Positions 50,491 through 61,848 of a DNA stretch of 64,000 bases are shown here, piece by piece. Within the stretch, counting starts at the first letter, position 1. Each line of letters opens with the position of its first letter. Origin of the DNA: Sphyrna mokarran (lineage: Eukaryota); contig JAGIQG010000019.1 in NCBI GenBank assembly GCA_024679065.1, positions 37,696,001 to 37,760,000 on the forward strand. The letters run 5' to 3'. The notes beneath the pieces were generated by a model. It was given only the letters and a program-made list of their open reading frames with translations, did not search any database and was not told the DNA's origin. The position numbers and the translations under genes were made by a program.

Positions 50491-53086
50491 TTCTAGCCTT
50501 AGGATTGAGTGCAGAGAAATCCTGTCTTTTGATGGACTGCAATGGGAGAAGATAGAAAGTGGGAGTAGGCTGGGACTGACATCGTTGTAGTGGTGCTGAA
50601 AGAATTTTGCCCCTACAGTTAGTTCCATAACTTAAGAGAATAGCTGTTATTATTGGGGGTGATAAAAGAAATATAAAATAACAAACTTGAGTAACTCAAC
50701 AGATGGTCATTAACCTTCAAACACTGGTATTGAATTTAAGTTCAGCTCAACTGTCTGCAGACTATAAAGGATTTATGTGAAATTAGTCAGAGGCTTTCTG
50801 AATGCAACCCCCATTGAGACAAGATAACAGAGCTGGAAAGAGAGAGATGGAGCACTCTTCTGAGGTTGGTGGTTAAGCACATTATTAAGGCAGGCTTTAC
50901 ATCTAATCAAAGATTTCTTCTTCATGTGCAAGACATGCCAATAAGTGCAGCTTTAAATTTGACTGCAGGGCTCCAATACTGGAAGGTAGTGTTCATTTTC
51001 AAAGACTGACATCCATCACATGGGTGTGCACGCATGCACGGAGCTCAGAGAACATTCATAGAATTAATTCTTTCCTCCAGGAATCGCAACCCAGATTCAT
51101 GTCAAATTGGAAGGATTAGCAACCACTTTGCCACGAGTGGCAGCACCAAAGGGAGGTAACACACTTCCAACATAAAGCTTGGACTATTCCTAACAAAGCT
51201 TTATCAACTGAATGAAGAAAAAAATACTTAGGAAAAAGAAGTCTTAACATGGAAATTTGATGGAAGACGGAAAAAGCTTTGAGAAATTCTGCTTCATTAA
51301 AATGAAAAACCATGGTTAGGTCATAGATACAAAAGGAGGTAATAAGTTGAAGTGCACAAACCTTTAAAGTGTTTACAGGGGTAAAAAGTGACTAAGAGGA
51401 ATACAAATACAAAGAATGAGAGATTTAGATGAAATAATCCCTAGGATATTGGTATTGCTAGAGAAGTCAGCAATTTTTGCTCATCCCTAGATGTTTTCTA
51501 TTAGTGGGCTTTCTCTCGACTTGCTGCAGCTGTTTGATACAAGCACGGGGTTTGCTAGACTACTTCAGGTTAATGAGCAGTCAAATGCATTGGTTTGGAC
51601 TCATGTGTACATCAGACCAGATGTGGTCAGTAGGTTTCCCACCTGAGACATTCGATGGACACACTGCCATTACAAAGAGTGCTTTCTGGTAAAAGTAGAA
51701 GGACTTAAGTTGTCAAATTATTTGGAGGAGAATGCCAATTATAGATAAACATTTCATACATCTACTGTAACCCTTCATCAGATTCTGAGTGGCAAGAATG
51801 CAGGTGCTAGCTCATTCAGAGATTACGGCCCCTCTTGCTGCAAGGCAACAAGGCTGTGGCTAATTGTTGCAAATGGCCTCTCTCAGCTGTCTGTGTTCTA
51901 AAGCTCATTATCCTATATCTTAAACTATGGCAGGCAGTAGCTGCCCTGCAATAGATTACCAGGCACCTCAATCTGCAACACGAGTCGATTACAATAATTA
52001 CTCCTCTGCTAATCGCCTTCATTTTTTTTAAACAGTGAAATCTGTTACTCTTGATCACTTCTCTCCATTTGGAATTATTTTCACATGTACAGATGGATTA
52101 AAAAAACTATCCTAATGCAACTGCTACTTTTTTAAAAAAATCAGCCTGCTTTATAATCAGCCTCCACTCTTTTAATTTTCACACACTAGTTGCATTGGGA
52201 ATAACGTTACAAGTCCTATATGCTGCATGTTTGATCCTTTCCTTAGAGCTGCCCCTTCCCCTATGTTGTCAGCACACCTCTCCTGAAAATTTGAATTGGA
52301 GGACAGGTGCTGGCAGCCCCCCTGGACTCTGCCAAGGACTCTGTTCTTTAGGTGCAAGCCCTGATGATGTGTCCAACTTGGATATTTGACTGCAGGGTGC
52401 ATCTCAAAGTCAAATTTTAACATCTTAAACACATGCCAACACTGGACAATTACCAGGAGCAGGAAGATACTTGGATATGGAAAGCAAGATAGTGAGCAGG
52501 CAGTGGGGTTAGTATTTGATAGGTCAAATGGCCTTCTTCTGTGCTGTAAATATTTAATACTGCTTTACTGATCAGTCTGTGTTTCTGGGTGTTGGGGAGC
52601 CAACATGATCTGCATTTCCATAGCAGTGGCCAGACTGTGGTCAATTTATTCATTGAATGTTGAGTGTGACACTTGGTGATGCCTTTACTCATTAGGCCAT
52701 GAGATTTAGAAGCAACTAAACTTGCTAGTATGCTCTCCCACTGGGTCAGTTGCCAAGTGGTCAACTGGCTGATTTAGAATTGCACAACTTTACAGCACAA
52801 AAGTAAACCATTCAGTCCATTGTGTCTGTGTCAGCTTTTTGAAACAGCTATTCATCTGATCTTTTGCTCTTGCTCTACAGCCCTGCAATTTCCTCAAAGC
52901 ATTTGTAGGGATGGTCATCACCTGTTCTGGACACTTTTCATACCAATATTTAGTCTCTTTCCCTTTCTCAATGTTGCCACTTCCCTACATCATACACCTC
53001 CTGACCTGGGTGATACCATGCAGACTGGGCCCTCTTATATTCAGCATTTTTAAAATAAACTAAAGATCACAGGTTTGAATCTTTAC

Positions 53087-53212
53087 CAATACTGCTTTCT
53101 CGATCCGGTTTGTTGCACCCAGTGGCTTTCTGTTGTTTGCTGCCCGTGGAACTGCGGCAGACAGCGGTCAACTGGGAAGAAGCGGCAACCTTTACAGGAA
53201 CGTACAAGGCCA
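53087..53212 (-). CDS. Candidate in-frame cassette exon of NRF1 (126 nt, 42 aa)
   Basis: Acceptor ttcccctctcgtattttgcaattcacag and donor TTG|gtaaag. Phase 1-1 matches the last-exon phase. The frame is open (VALYVPVKVAASSQLTAVCRSSTGSKQQKATGCNKPDRESSI) and locally CpG-rich. Confidence 0.6.
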
Positions 53213-55836
53213 CTGTGAATTGCAAAATACGAGAGGGGAATATGATGGAAACGGCTCTGACACACGCAATCTGAAACCAGCACCACTAGCACAAGCATCC
53301 CAATTTTCATCGCTCCATCATTGGTGGCTGTGCCTCCAGCTGCCTAAGCACTAAACTCCAGAATTTCTTCCTCAAATCTCTACTTCTCTTTCCTTTCCTT
53401 TAAGCTTGTCCTGAAACCAACCTCTCTGACTGCGTTTTTGGTTGATTGTCCTAATATCTCCTTACACAGCTCAAATTTTGTTTGACAATACTCCCATGAA
53501 ACGACTTAGGACCTTTTACTAATTTAAAGGAGCTAGGCAAATGCAAGTTGTTGTTGCTACGCAGGTGGCCTTCATTACAGCCTCCAAAAAATCCAACAAA
53601 TACCCAAAAAAGGCCAGGTACCACTTGTTAATCCACTGCCATAACAAACAGATTTACATCATTTCACCAGAGTTGCCACCGTTCCTTTTGAAGATGGATG
53701 GTTCTTTGGGGAGACATTTCACTCATGTGACCATATCCACCCAGTGGATAAGTATTGCCAGGCCTTTCAATGTTAGAGGTCATCCAGACCCAGTATCAAT
53801 GTGCATACTTTGTTCGTAGGTGGGTTAGGAGAGATGGTGTTGATGGTGGAAGTTAAGAGGGGGTGGGGGTTGCTGTCACCAGATAGTCAGCAGGGGATAG
53901 AAGTTTTGGTGAGTTTGCCTCTCCCTAAATGAGGAATACTGATCTCACTGTAATATTCTTAGCATCTTGCTGAACTGACAGCAGATAACCTACAACCTTC
54001 CTGGCTCAACCTTCTACTAGATAAACTTAGAGCCATTTCAGAGCTTTTTGGAATTTGCTTTGAACAAAAGCAAAGTCAACTGTTGCAATTGGTTTTATTC
54101 CACTGCCACTGAGCTAAGGAGAAATAAAACACAGGGCCAAAATGGGGGGTTTCAAGCTGAGCATCTACAGCGTTGACACAAAGGGGTGATTTGTTCTGCT
54201 GCTCCTCCACTGGTGATTACAGGCTGCAGATTACTGCAGTCACGTGTGCTGCTTAGAACAAGGCAAGCTGTCAGGAGCCGCTAAGGTCAGTGTGAGCTTT
54301 CTATCCAGCACTCAGAAAAGAGAGTGGAGGACAGGAGAAGACGAGAGAGGAAAGAAGTGTATTTTCTACTTTAGCAGTCTTTAATTTATTCAATACTGCG
54401 TATTCCTTTGACTTTTTTCCCTTTTAGCTTGCAATATTAAAATTCAAGCTTGGTGTGTCCAACTAATTTGCTCAATGTTTCTGATTCTTTTTAACATGAG
54501 CAGTGAACCACACTCATAGACCTTAACCTAAATTGCCACCTTATCACCTCCAATGCACACACATGCATCTTATAATTGCTTATTACTGCTGTGGTCATTA
54601 ACTTATTTGGCTTCAAATGTTATTTTTCCCCAGTTCAACCCTGTAGTGGGCTGCACTGTATGACACTCTCCAAGCATTTCAGCTCACTGAAGGGGCCATA
54701 GATCAAGTTCCAACAAAACTGGCGCTGGAACTGAAATTGGATCTACAATTCCTCGGCTGCTCAAAGGACAAATGCATCAACTGAAAAAGAAATCACACCC
54801 GGAATGAGCTGGATTTCAGTCTAAGTGACATCAACCCAATGCCATGTGAGATGCAGCTGACATCAAGTCAGGATGCTGGACGTATAGTTACGTCAATCAT
54901 GAAATAAAGGGGATTAACTTTGTTTCTTTGCTTGAAACTCTGGTAATTGTTTGCAGCTAAAGAATTTCAATTCCAAAGAAAACAAAACAATTCCACATCA
55001 AAGATTACCAGACAGGATGGAAAATAGAAGCAGAAAACACATACATAAAAGCATGCTCAAGCACATGCGCAAGCACACATACATCCATGTGCATGCACAG
55101 CAAAGAGGCTATTTTGGGAGATACAGAAAATAAAGATCAATATTTAAATTAAGAGCTTGGTCTCTGAGAACTCTGATCATCCTAGCAGCTAAAGGCAATA
55201 TCCAGAACAGTGCCAAGTTGGACAGATCAATAGGTACCAGGTTTGATGCAGTCTTGAGCTAGGTGATGCCAGCACCTCTCTAAAGTGTCTGTGTTTTTTA
55301 ACGACAGGTGAGGTTAGCGTCTTCAGCCAAATCCCATAGATGAATGACTACCTGGATAAGGTACCTACAGTCTGGTTAGGTGCATTGGCCAGGCCAAAAT
55401 CTCCCTCAGTGTATCCTAACAGGTGCCCGTGTGTGGTAACTAGGGAATTTTTATAGTAACTTAACTGCAACATTAAGTAAGCCCATTACATTAATAAATA
55501 AACTTAATTATAGGTGGTCTTCAAAAATCGGGTAGGTGGGGATGGTGCGATGGGGGGAGGGAAAATTCTACACTTTGTTCTTTTGGTGGGCAGGTGAATC
55601 AAATGCCAGAGTAATGATTCATAAAACCAAGAAGAACACAAGTTTTTGTCCTGAGTTTGTCGAATGGAGATGTCACGACTGAACATAATGTCACAATGGA
55701 ATAAAAACCAAACCAATCCAGCACTCGCTCCTCATTGAGCACTGCTTGAAAGCTGTGGGATGTGAACTGTGAGCTAGACCACAATCTGGCTCAGCTCAGA
55801 TTCCCTCACAACAAATAAGCCAACGACACTAGCTGC

Positions 55837-55883
55837 TCATAACCACTTGTCAGGAATGACAACTTGGGCACTGGAGTTCTCCC
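55837..55883 (-). CDS. Candidate alternative terminal (or poison) exon of NRF1
   Basis: Strong acceptor tttctggtttctgtctttcattctatcctag. The phase-1 reading is (G)ENSSAQVVIPDKWL*, in non-repetitive, CpG-retaining sequence. Confidence 0.3.
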
Positions 55884-56213
55884 CTAGGATAGAATGAAAG
55901 ACAGAAACCAGAAACCCCCATTCCGATCGAAATGGAACGATACAAGTAATTCCCTCAATCTTCTCTTCCACAACTAACTGGAACATAACTGGAGTCCTGG
56001 GAGTTCGGAATAACGCACAGTGGCTGTGGAATAGCACCTGGTATTTTATGAACAACTCCTCGGGTGAGCTCCTGTCGATGTGTTTATATACATCAAACTG
56101 TTTCCTGGCAGAACACAGCAGGCAGGCTAGAACCAAGAAGGTGAATTATGGACAGGATGGTCTTACTGTAACAGCAAAAGAGGTGTACAGAAGAGAATAC
56201 TAAACTGTCATCA

Positions 56214-57070
56214 AGGCTCAGTTGGTGGCAATCACTCTTCTGAGTCAGAAGATTATGGCTTCGAGTCTCATTCCAAAGGACTGAGCATAACAAACTAGAC
56301 TAATATTCTATTGTAGCACTAAGAACGTTGTACTGCTTACACGGTGCTAAGGGTTGCACAGTTGGAAATGCTGCCTTTTGAATAAGACATTAAACGAGTA
56401 TTAAATCTTGTTCTCAGTTGGATGTAGAAGACTCCATGGTATGATTCCGAAGAGTGGAAGAGGCCCTTCTGCCTCCCACACAATGTCCTGGCTTAATGTA
56501 AAACTAGGCCCCCAACCCGCCACCACCCTTACCCTCCAACAACAATGTCCTGACCAATATTTAACCCTCGATCAATACTAGAATAGAATAGAATCCCTAT
56601 ATGCAGAAGGAGGTCATTCAGCCCATCGAGTCTGCAATAGCCACAATCCCACCAAGGCCCTAGTCTCATAACCCCACATATTTACTCTGATAATCCCCCT
56701 GAAAGTAGGGTCAATTTAGCATGCCCAATCAATCTAACCAGCACATCTTTCAAACTATGGGAAGAAACCCGAGCATCTGGAGGAAACCCACGCAGACACG
56801 GGGAAAATGTGCAAACTCCACACAGACAGTGTCCCGAGGCCAGAATTGAACCCGGGTCCCTGGTGCTGTGAGGCAGTGGTGCTAACCAGTGTCACCAAAT
56901 ACAAAGCAAATAACGTGATCATAATCACATTGCTATTTGTGGGAGTCACCTGTGGCAAATTGGCTGCAACATTTTCTACAACAGCGACTATACTGCAAAA
57001 AGTTGGATGTAAAGCACTTTGGAGCATCCTGAGGTCTTGAAAGATGTTATATGAATGCAAATCTTTCTTT
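56214..57070 (+). mobile_element. Deu-domain SINE (SacSINE1/AmnSINE1-like) split by an HE1 SINE
   Basis: tRNA-like head GGCTCAGTTGGT...CTGAGTCAGAAG, Deu-like core GCTGCCTTTTGAATAAGACATTAAAC...CCATGG...TGTCCTGACCAATATTT, and an L2-type tail GTAAAGCACTTTGG...ATGAATGCAAATCTTTCTTT. Confidence 0.75.
56581..56895 (-). mobile_element. HE1-type SINE, near full length, relatively young
   Basis: Clean V-domain and B-box (CCGGGTTCAATTC on the minus strand) with a CR1-type tail. Confidence 0.92.
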
Positions 57071-57299
57071 CTATGAATGATCACGATGAGAGATTTCGAA
57101 GAAGGCCATAATCTACTATGGGATTTTTATATATCACAAGATTTTGAACAGAACCAGAAGAGAAGAATTGTATTTTAAAAACAGCAACTTATATTCATAT
57201 AGCACCTTTAGTGCAATTAAATGTTCCAAGGTGCCTCACAGGAGTGTGATAAAATAAGATACTAAGCTCCATAAGGGAAGCAATGGCTGGTGGGGTTTT

Positions 57300-57690
57300 G
57301 CCATTAATCCAGAAATTCAGTTAATGTTCTGGAAACCCAGGTTCAAATCCCACCACAGCAAATAGTGGAATTTGAATTCAATAAACAATATTTGGAATTA
57401 AAAACCTACTGATATCTATGAAATCATTATCATTCAGTCAGGCAGCATGGTCAGTGCTGGCTGAAGGTCTGCTCCTGTACTATAATTTTCTTTGTTCTTT
57501 GATTGTCTGAAAAACCCATCTGGTTCACTAATGTCCTTTAGGGAAGGTAATCTGCCGTACTTACCTGACCTACACATAATTCCAGAGCCACAAAAATATA
57601 GCTGACTCTCAGTTGTCCTCATGCAACTAGGGATGGGCAAAAAATGTTGGCTAGCCAGTGACACCCATGTCCCACAAATGAATTTAAAAT
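57300..57690 (+). mobile_element. Another tRNA-derived SINE family, inserted in an L2 3' fragment (-, ~57180-57950)
   Basis: B-box GGTTCAAATCC and body AAAACCCATCTGGTTCACTAATGTCCTTTAGGGAAGG. Its tail AGGGATGGGCAA...CCCATGTCCCA resembles the LINE 3' end at ~29990-30200. Confidence 0.7.
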
Positions 57691-58505
57691 ATAAGGAGTT
57701 ATTAGGCAAGATGGCCAAAGACTCAGTGATAGAAATGTCTTTGAAGGAACATCTTAAAGGAAGAAAGCAAGCTGGAAAGGTGAAGGAAGAATTGCAGAGC
57801 CTAATGGCTACTGAAGGCATGGCCACCAATGATGGAGTAATTAAAACTGCAGATGTTCTAGAGGCCAGAATTAGTTGAATGCAGACAATTTGGAGGGACA
57901 TGGTGCTGGAGATTACTGACATAGGAAGGAGCAAGGCAGTGAGTTATGATCTAGGATGTACTGCGCCTCTGAATAGGACAAATAGATTCAATAGTGACTT
58001 TCATAAGTCAACTGGATAATTAGCTGAAGGAGAGAAACTTGTAGATCTATGGGCAATGAGCAGTGATGGGAGACTAACTGGTCAGCTCTTGAAAACAGCC
58101 ACACGGATGGGATGTACTTACGTGCACAAGGTTCTACGGCTGGTCTCCCTCCAATTACATCATCCTACACAATCTTTCCTTTTCCTGAAAGCTAATATCA
58201 AGTCTTTTAGTCCTCTTTTCTACCTAAACCCACTTTTCTGCCAGGGATTAAATGCCGTGGAACTTCTCATCTCTGTTAGCACTCCCATCTGGCTATAGTT
58301 GGAAGTTTCTTTTCAAATTCCAAGCTAGGTATCCAATTATACATAGATATGGAAGAGAAAGGTCAAATGGATTATTCTATATCCCGAGACGAAAAAACCT
58401 GAAGCTTGCCTCACCTCATTACACTTCCAGCTGCTTCTTAAAAGTGACAGTATTCTTGCTTCCACATTAGAAGCCACCCCACACATTGATTGTGTTGTAC
58501 CAAAT

Positions 58506-58830
58506 TATAGAATCCCTACAGTACAGAAGGAGGCCATTTGAGCCATCGTGTCTGCATCAACTCTCCAACAGTGCAGCTTTCCCAGGCCCACACCCTGTCC
58601 TATCCCCGTAACCGCACGTTTACTCATTTAATTCCCCTAACCTAGTGTTTTGGGGCACTAAGGGGCATTTGGCATGGCCAACCCACCTAACTGAACATCT
58701 CTGGATTGTGAGAAAAAACCGAAGCACCCAGAGGAAACTCTCACGCACCTGGGGAGAATGTGTACACTCCACACAGAACCCCTGTTCCCTGGCACTGTGA
58801 GACAGCAGTGCTAACCATTGCACCGTCGCT
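58506..58830 (-). mobile_element. HE1-type SINE
   Basis: ATAGAATCCCTACAGTACAGAAGGAGGCCATT...GGCACTGTGAGACAGCAGTGCTAACCA. Confidence 0.9.
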
Positions 58831-60019
58831 GTGTCAGTCTCAAACTCACTATGCATTTGTATCAACCTGAAGTTTTCTTTTCCCAAGTTCATTTGAATCA
58901 GTGTTTGCCCTCTCCTTCCTCATTGATTTTGTCTTCTCTTGCTTTACATTTGGTCCTTCACTTGGATTTCGTCATAGATACAAACTATCGTAGCTGCTGA
59001 GTTAATGGGAACTTCCCCCATTTTCTGCGGTCCTGTGCACAAATACTCATTTTTAACTTAATATGGCTGTTTCCTTCTTGTTCTTTTTTTTTGAAACTGA
59101 GTTTTTACATCACTCACCGTCACTGATTCGTGTGTCAGTACTACATGCTAACATTATCCCTTTCCTTCTTAATGAGCTTTGTCAATTCTGCTGTCACTGT
59201 GTTTTTAAAGAGTCTTAGGCAAAGAACAACGGTACACCCATTTACTGGTGATGACATCATTTAATCTGCATGCTGGACCCTAGGATATTCGACTCTGGAT
59301 AGCTTGTGTTAGATGGCAATGACCTTGAGAGGTTACTGCTGAATGTTCCGATAGAAGCAGTGATTGCAAAAATAAGTCAAGAGCAGTTCACATATAGCAC
59401 CATCGCAACAGTGTCAAATCAATCAACCAACATTTTTCCTTTCTTTTGTGATGGATATGATATGCGAGAAATGGAGAAGAATTTGGGTAGGGGGCAGAGA
59501 AAGACATCAGGCAAAATTATTCATTTTTGACCCTGTTCCAAACAAAATACTTCACTCCGTAGCCAGGTTTAATTGAATTGTGCAGTAGACAGTAAGCGCA
59601 CTCAAATCCTGATAGAAAGTATTAACTACCATGCCAAAAAATCTGGGTTACGCTGAGATCAAGATTTCTAAAAATATCTACTGTTGCATCGCTGTGCCCT
59701 TGGCATAATGAACTGTTAGTTTCACCCATGTTTCAGCAGAAGTAAAAATACTGCAGAGAAAGAAATTAAATCTCAAGAAACAACACTGCTTTCTCCCAAG
59801 GAGATTTATCAGTGTTCACCAGAAACATAATGGTGGATCTTCACAAAACAGGGATGGATGGAAAACGCTTGGGCAACAGAAATGTTATTGTCAGAGCGAG
59901 TGAACAGGCTTCTGTCCGTCAGAATTCTGTAAGAATGAGTGAGCTTTGTTCCATTTGAATTCTAAACTGGTATCATTTGTCTGACACTAGCCAGCATGCA
60001 AGGAAATATACACCACGAT

Positions 60020-61140
60020 GGATTTGATTTATCACAAGTATTAGTATACAGTGAAAAGTATTGTTTCGTGCATGCTATACTGACAAAGCATACCATTCAT
60101 AGAGAAGGAAAAGACAGAATGCAGAATGCAATGTTACAGCCATATCTAGGGTGTAGAGAAAGATCAAATTAGTGTGAGATAAGTCCATTCAAAGTCAGAT
60201 GACAGCAGGGAAGAAACTGTTCTTGAGTCAGCTGATATGGTACCTTAGATGTTTGTATCTTTTTCTGTGGGAAAAAGGTGGAAGAGAATATGTCTGGGTG
60301 CATGAAGTCCTTAATTATGCTTGTTGCTTTTCTGAGGCAGCAACAAGTGTAGAGTCAATGGATGCATTCACGATCCTTTATAATTTCTTGCAGTCTTGGG
60401 CACAGCAGGAGCTATACCAAAACTGTGATACAACCAGAAAGAATCCTTTCTGTGGTGCATCTGTATAAGTTGGTTAAAGTAATAGCAGACATGCCAAATT
60501 TCCTTAATCTTCTGAGAAAGTTGAGGCATTGGTGGGCTTTCTTAACTGCGTGGATGGATCAGGAAGATTGTTGGTGATCTGGACACCTAAAATCTTGAAG
60601 CTCTCAACCATTTCTTCTTCGTCCCCATTTATGTGGACAACGGCATTTTCTTCACTACGCTTCCTGAAGCCAATGACTATTTTCTTGTTTTGTTGACATT
60701 GAGAGATCATTGAAATTGCACCAGTTCACTGATTGTACAGATAGATTCTCCATCTCATTCCTGTACTCCATCTCGTCATTGTTTGAGATCTGACCCATTA
60801 TGGTGGTGTCGTCTGCAAACTTCAAAGTTGAGTTGGTGGGGAATTTGGTTACCCAGTGGGTCATCCGGGCTCGAAACATCAGTTCTTTTTTCTCCTTACT
60901 CATGCTGCCAGACTTGCTGAGATTTCCAGCATTTTCTCTTTTGGTTGGCCACACAGTCACAAGTCTATAAGGAGTAAGGGGCTGAGGACACAGCTTTATG
61001 GCGCACTGGTGTTGAGGATGATCGTGGAGGGCGTATTGTTGCCTATCCTTACTGATTGCAATCTTTGGGTTGGGAAGTTCAGGATTCAGTCGCAGAAGAG
61101 GAGCCCAGCCCCAGGACACAGAGTTTGGAGATGTGCCTTG
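60020..61140 (-). mobile_element. Rex1/Babar-clade LINE 3' portion (frameshifted RT) with a Penelope-LTR fragment inserted at ~60850-60945
   Basis: KFADDTTIMGQISNNDEMEYRNEMENL and KKIVIGFRK...HINGDEEEMVESFKILGVQITNNL are typical Rex1 RT and C-terminal motifs. The 3' end reads ...TACTTGTGATAAATCAAATC. Confidence 0.85.
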
Positions 61141-61649
61141 TAGAAATAATGATACCCTTTGGAATTATATACCGGGGTGAAAGGGAACCAACGTCCACTG
61201 AAAATTGCTGGTGAACTAGGAACTATTCCCAGCTGGTGTGTATCTTCACAGAAGCTGTTATTATTCTGGGTGTATGTTTGCGCATGTCGAGATTGCATGC
61301 TCCCTGCTAGCATATGTGTATGTTTCCACAGGTGCTAGCTCCTTGCTGGTGTATTCCATGCTTCCACGGGTGCAAGCTCCCTGTTGATGTATGTTCATTA
61401 AATTAACAGAGACTTGTGCTGAGCAACATTTTCTAAACTTTCATTCCTCTTCAAAAAATCCCCTACCCCAAGGTATAAGTGCTCTGCAGAAATCTACAGC
61501 AGCAGTGTGTCAGAAGGATCAATTTGAAATTTACCCCAGACACGTGGATCAAATCTGCTTAAATTGTTCGACAACAAGAATTATTGGGGTTTATTTTTAG
61601 ATGTGAACTGAGTTACATTTTCTGCCCTAATGACCTTTAACCTATTGCC

Positions 61650-61848
61650 GACACAGTCAGGCACACACACAGACACAGTCAGGCACACACACAGACACAG
61701 TCAGGCACACACACAGACACAGTCAGGCACACACACAGACAGTCAGGCACACACACAGACACAGTCAGGCACACACACAGACACAGTCAGGCACACACAC
61801 AGACACAGTCAGGCACACACACAGACACAGTCAGGCACACAGGCAGAC
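61650..61848. repeat. Minisatellite, 22-bp unit GACACAGTCAGGCACACACACA
   Basis: About 9 nearly identical tandem copies. Confidence 0.97.

Noticed and set aside
60504-61119. Functional reverse transcriptase gene
   Set aside because: It is frameshifted, truncated and interrupted by an insertion, so it is a dead Rex-type LINE copy.
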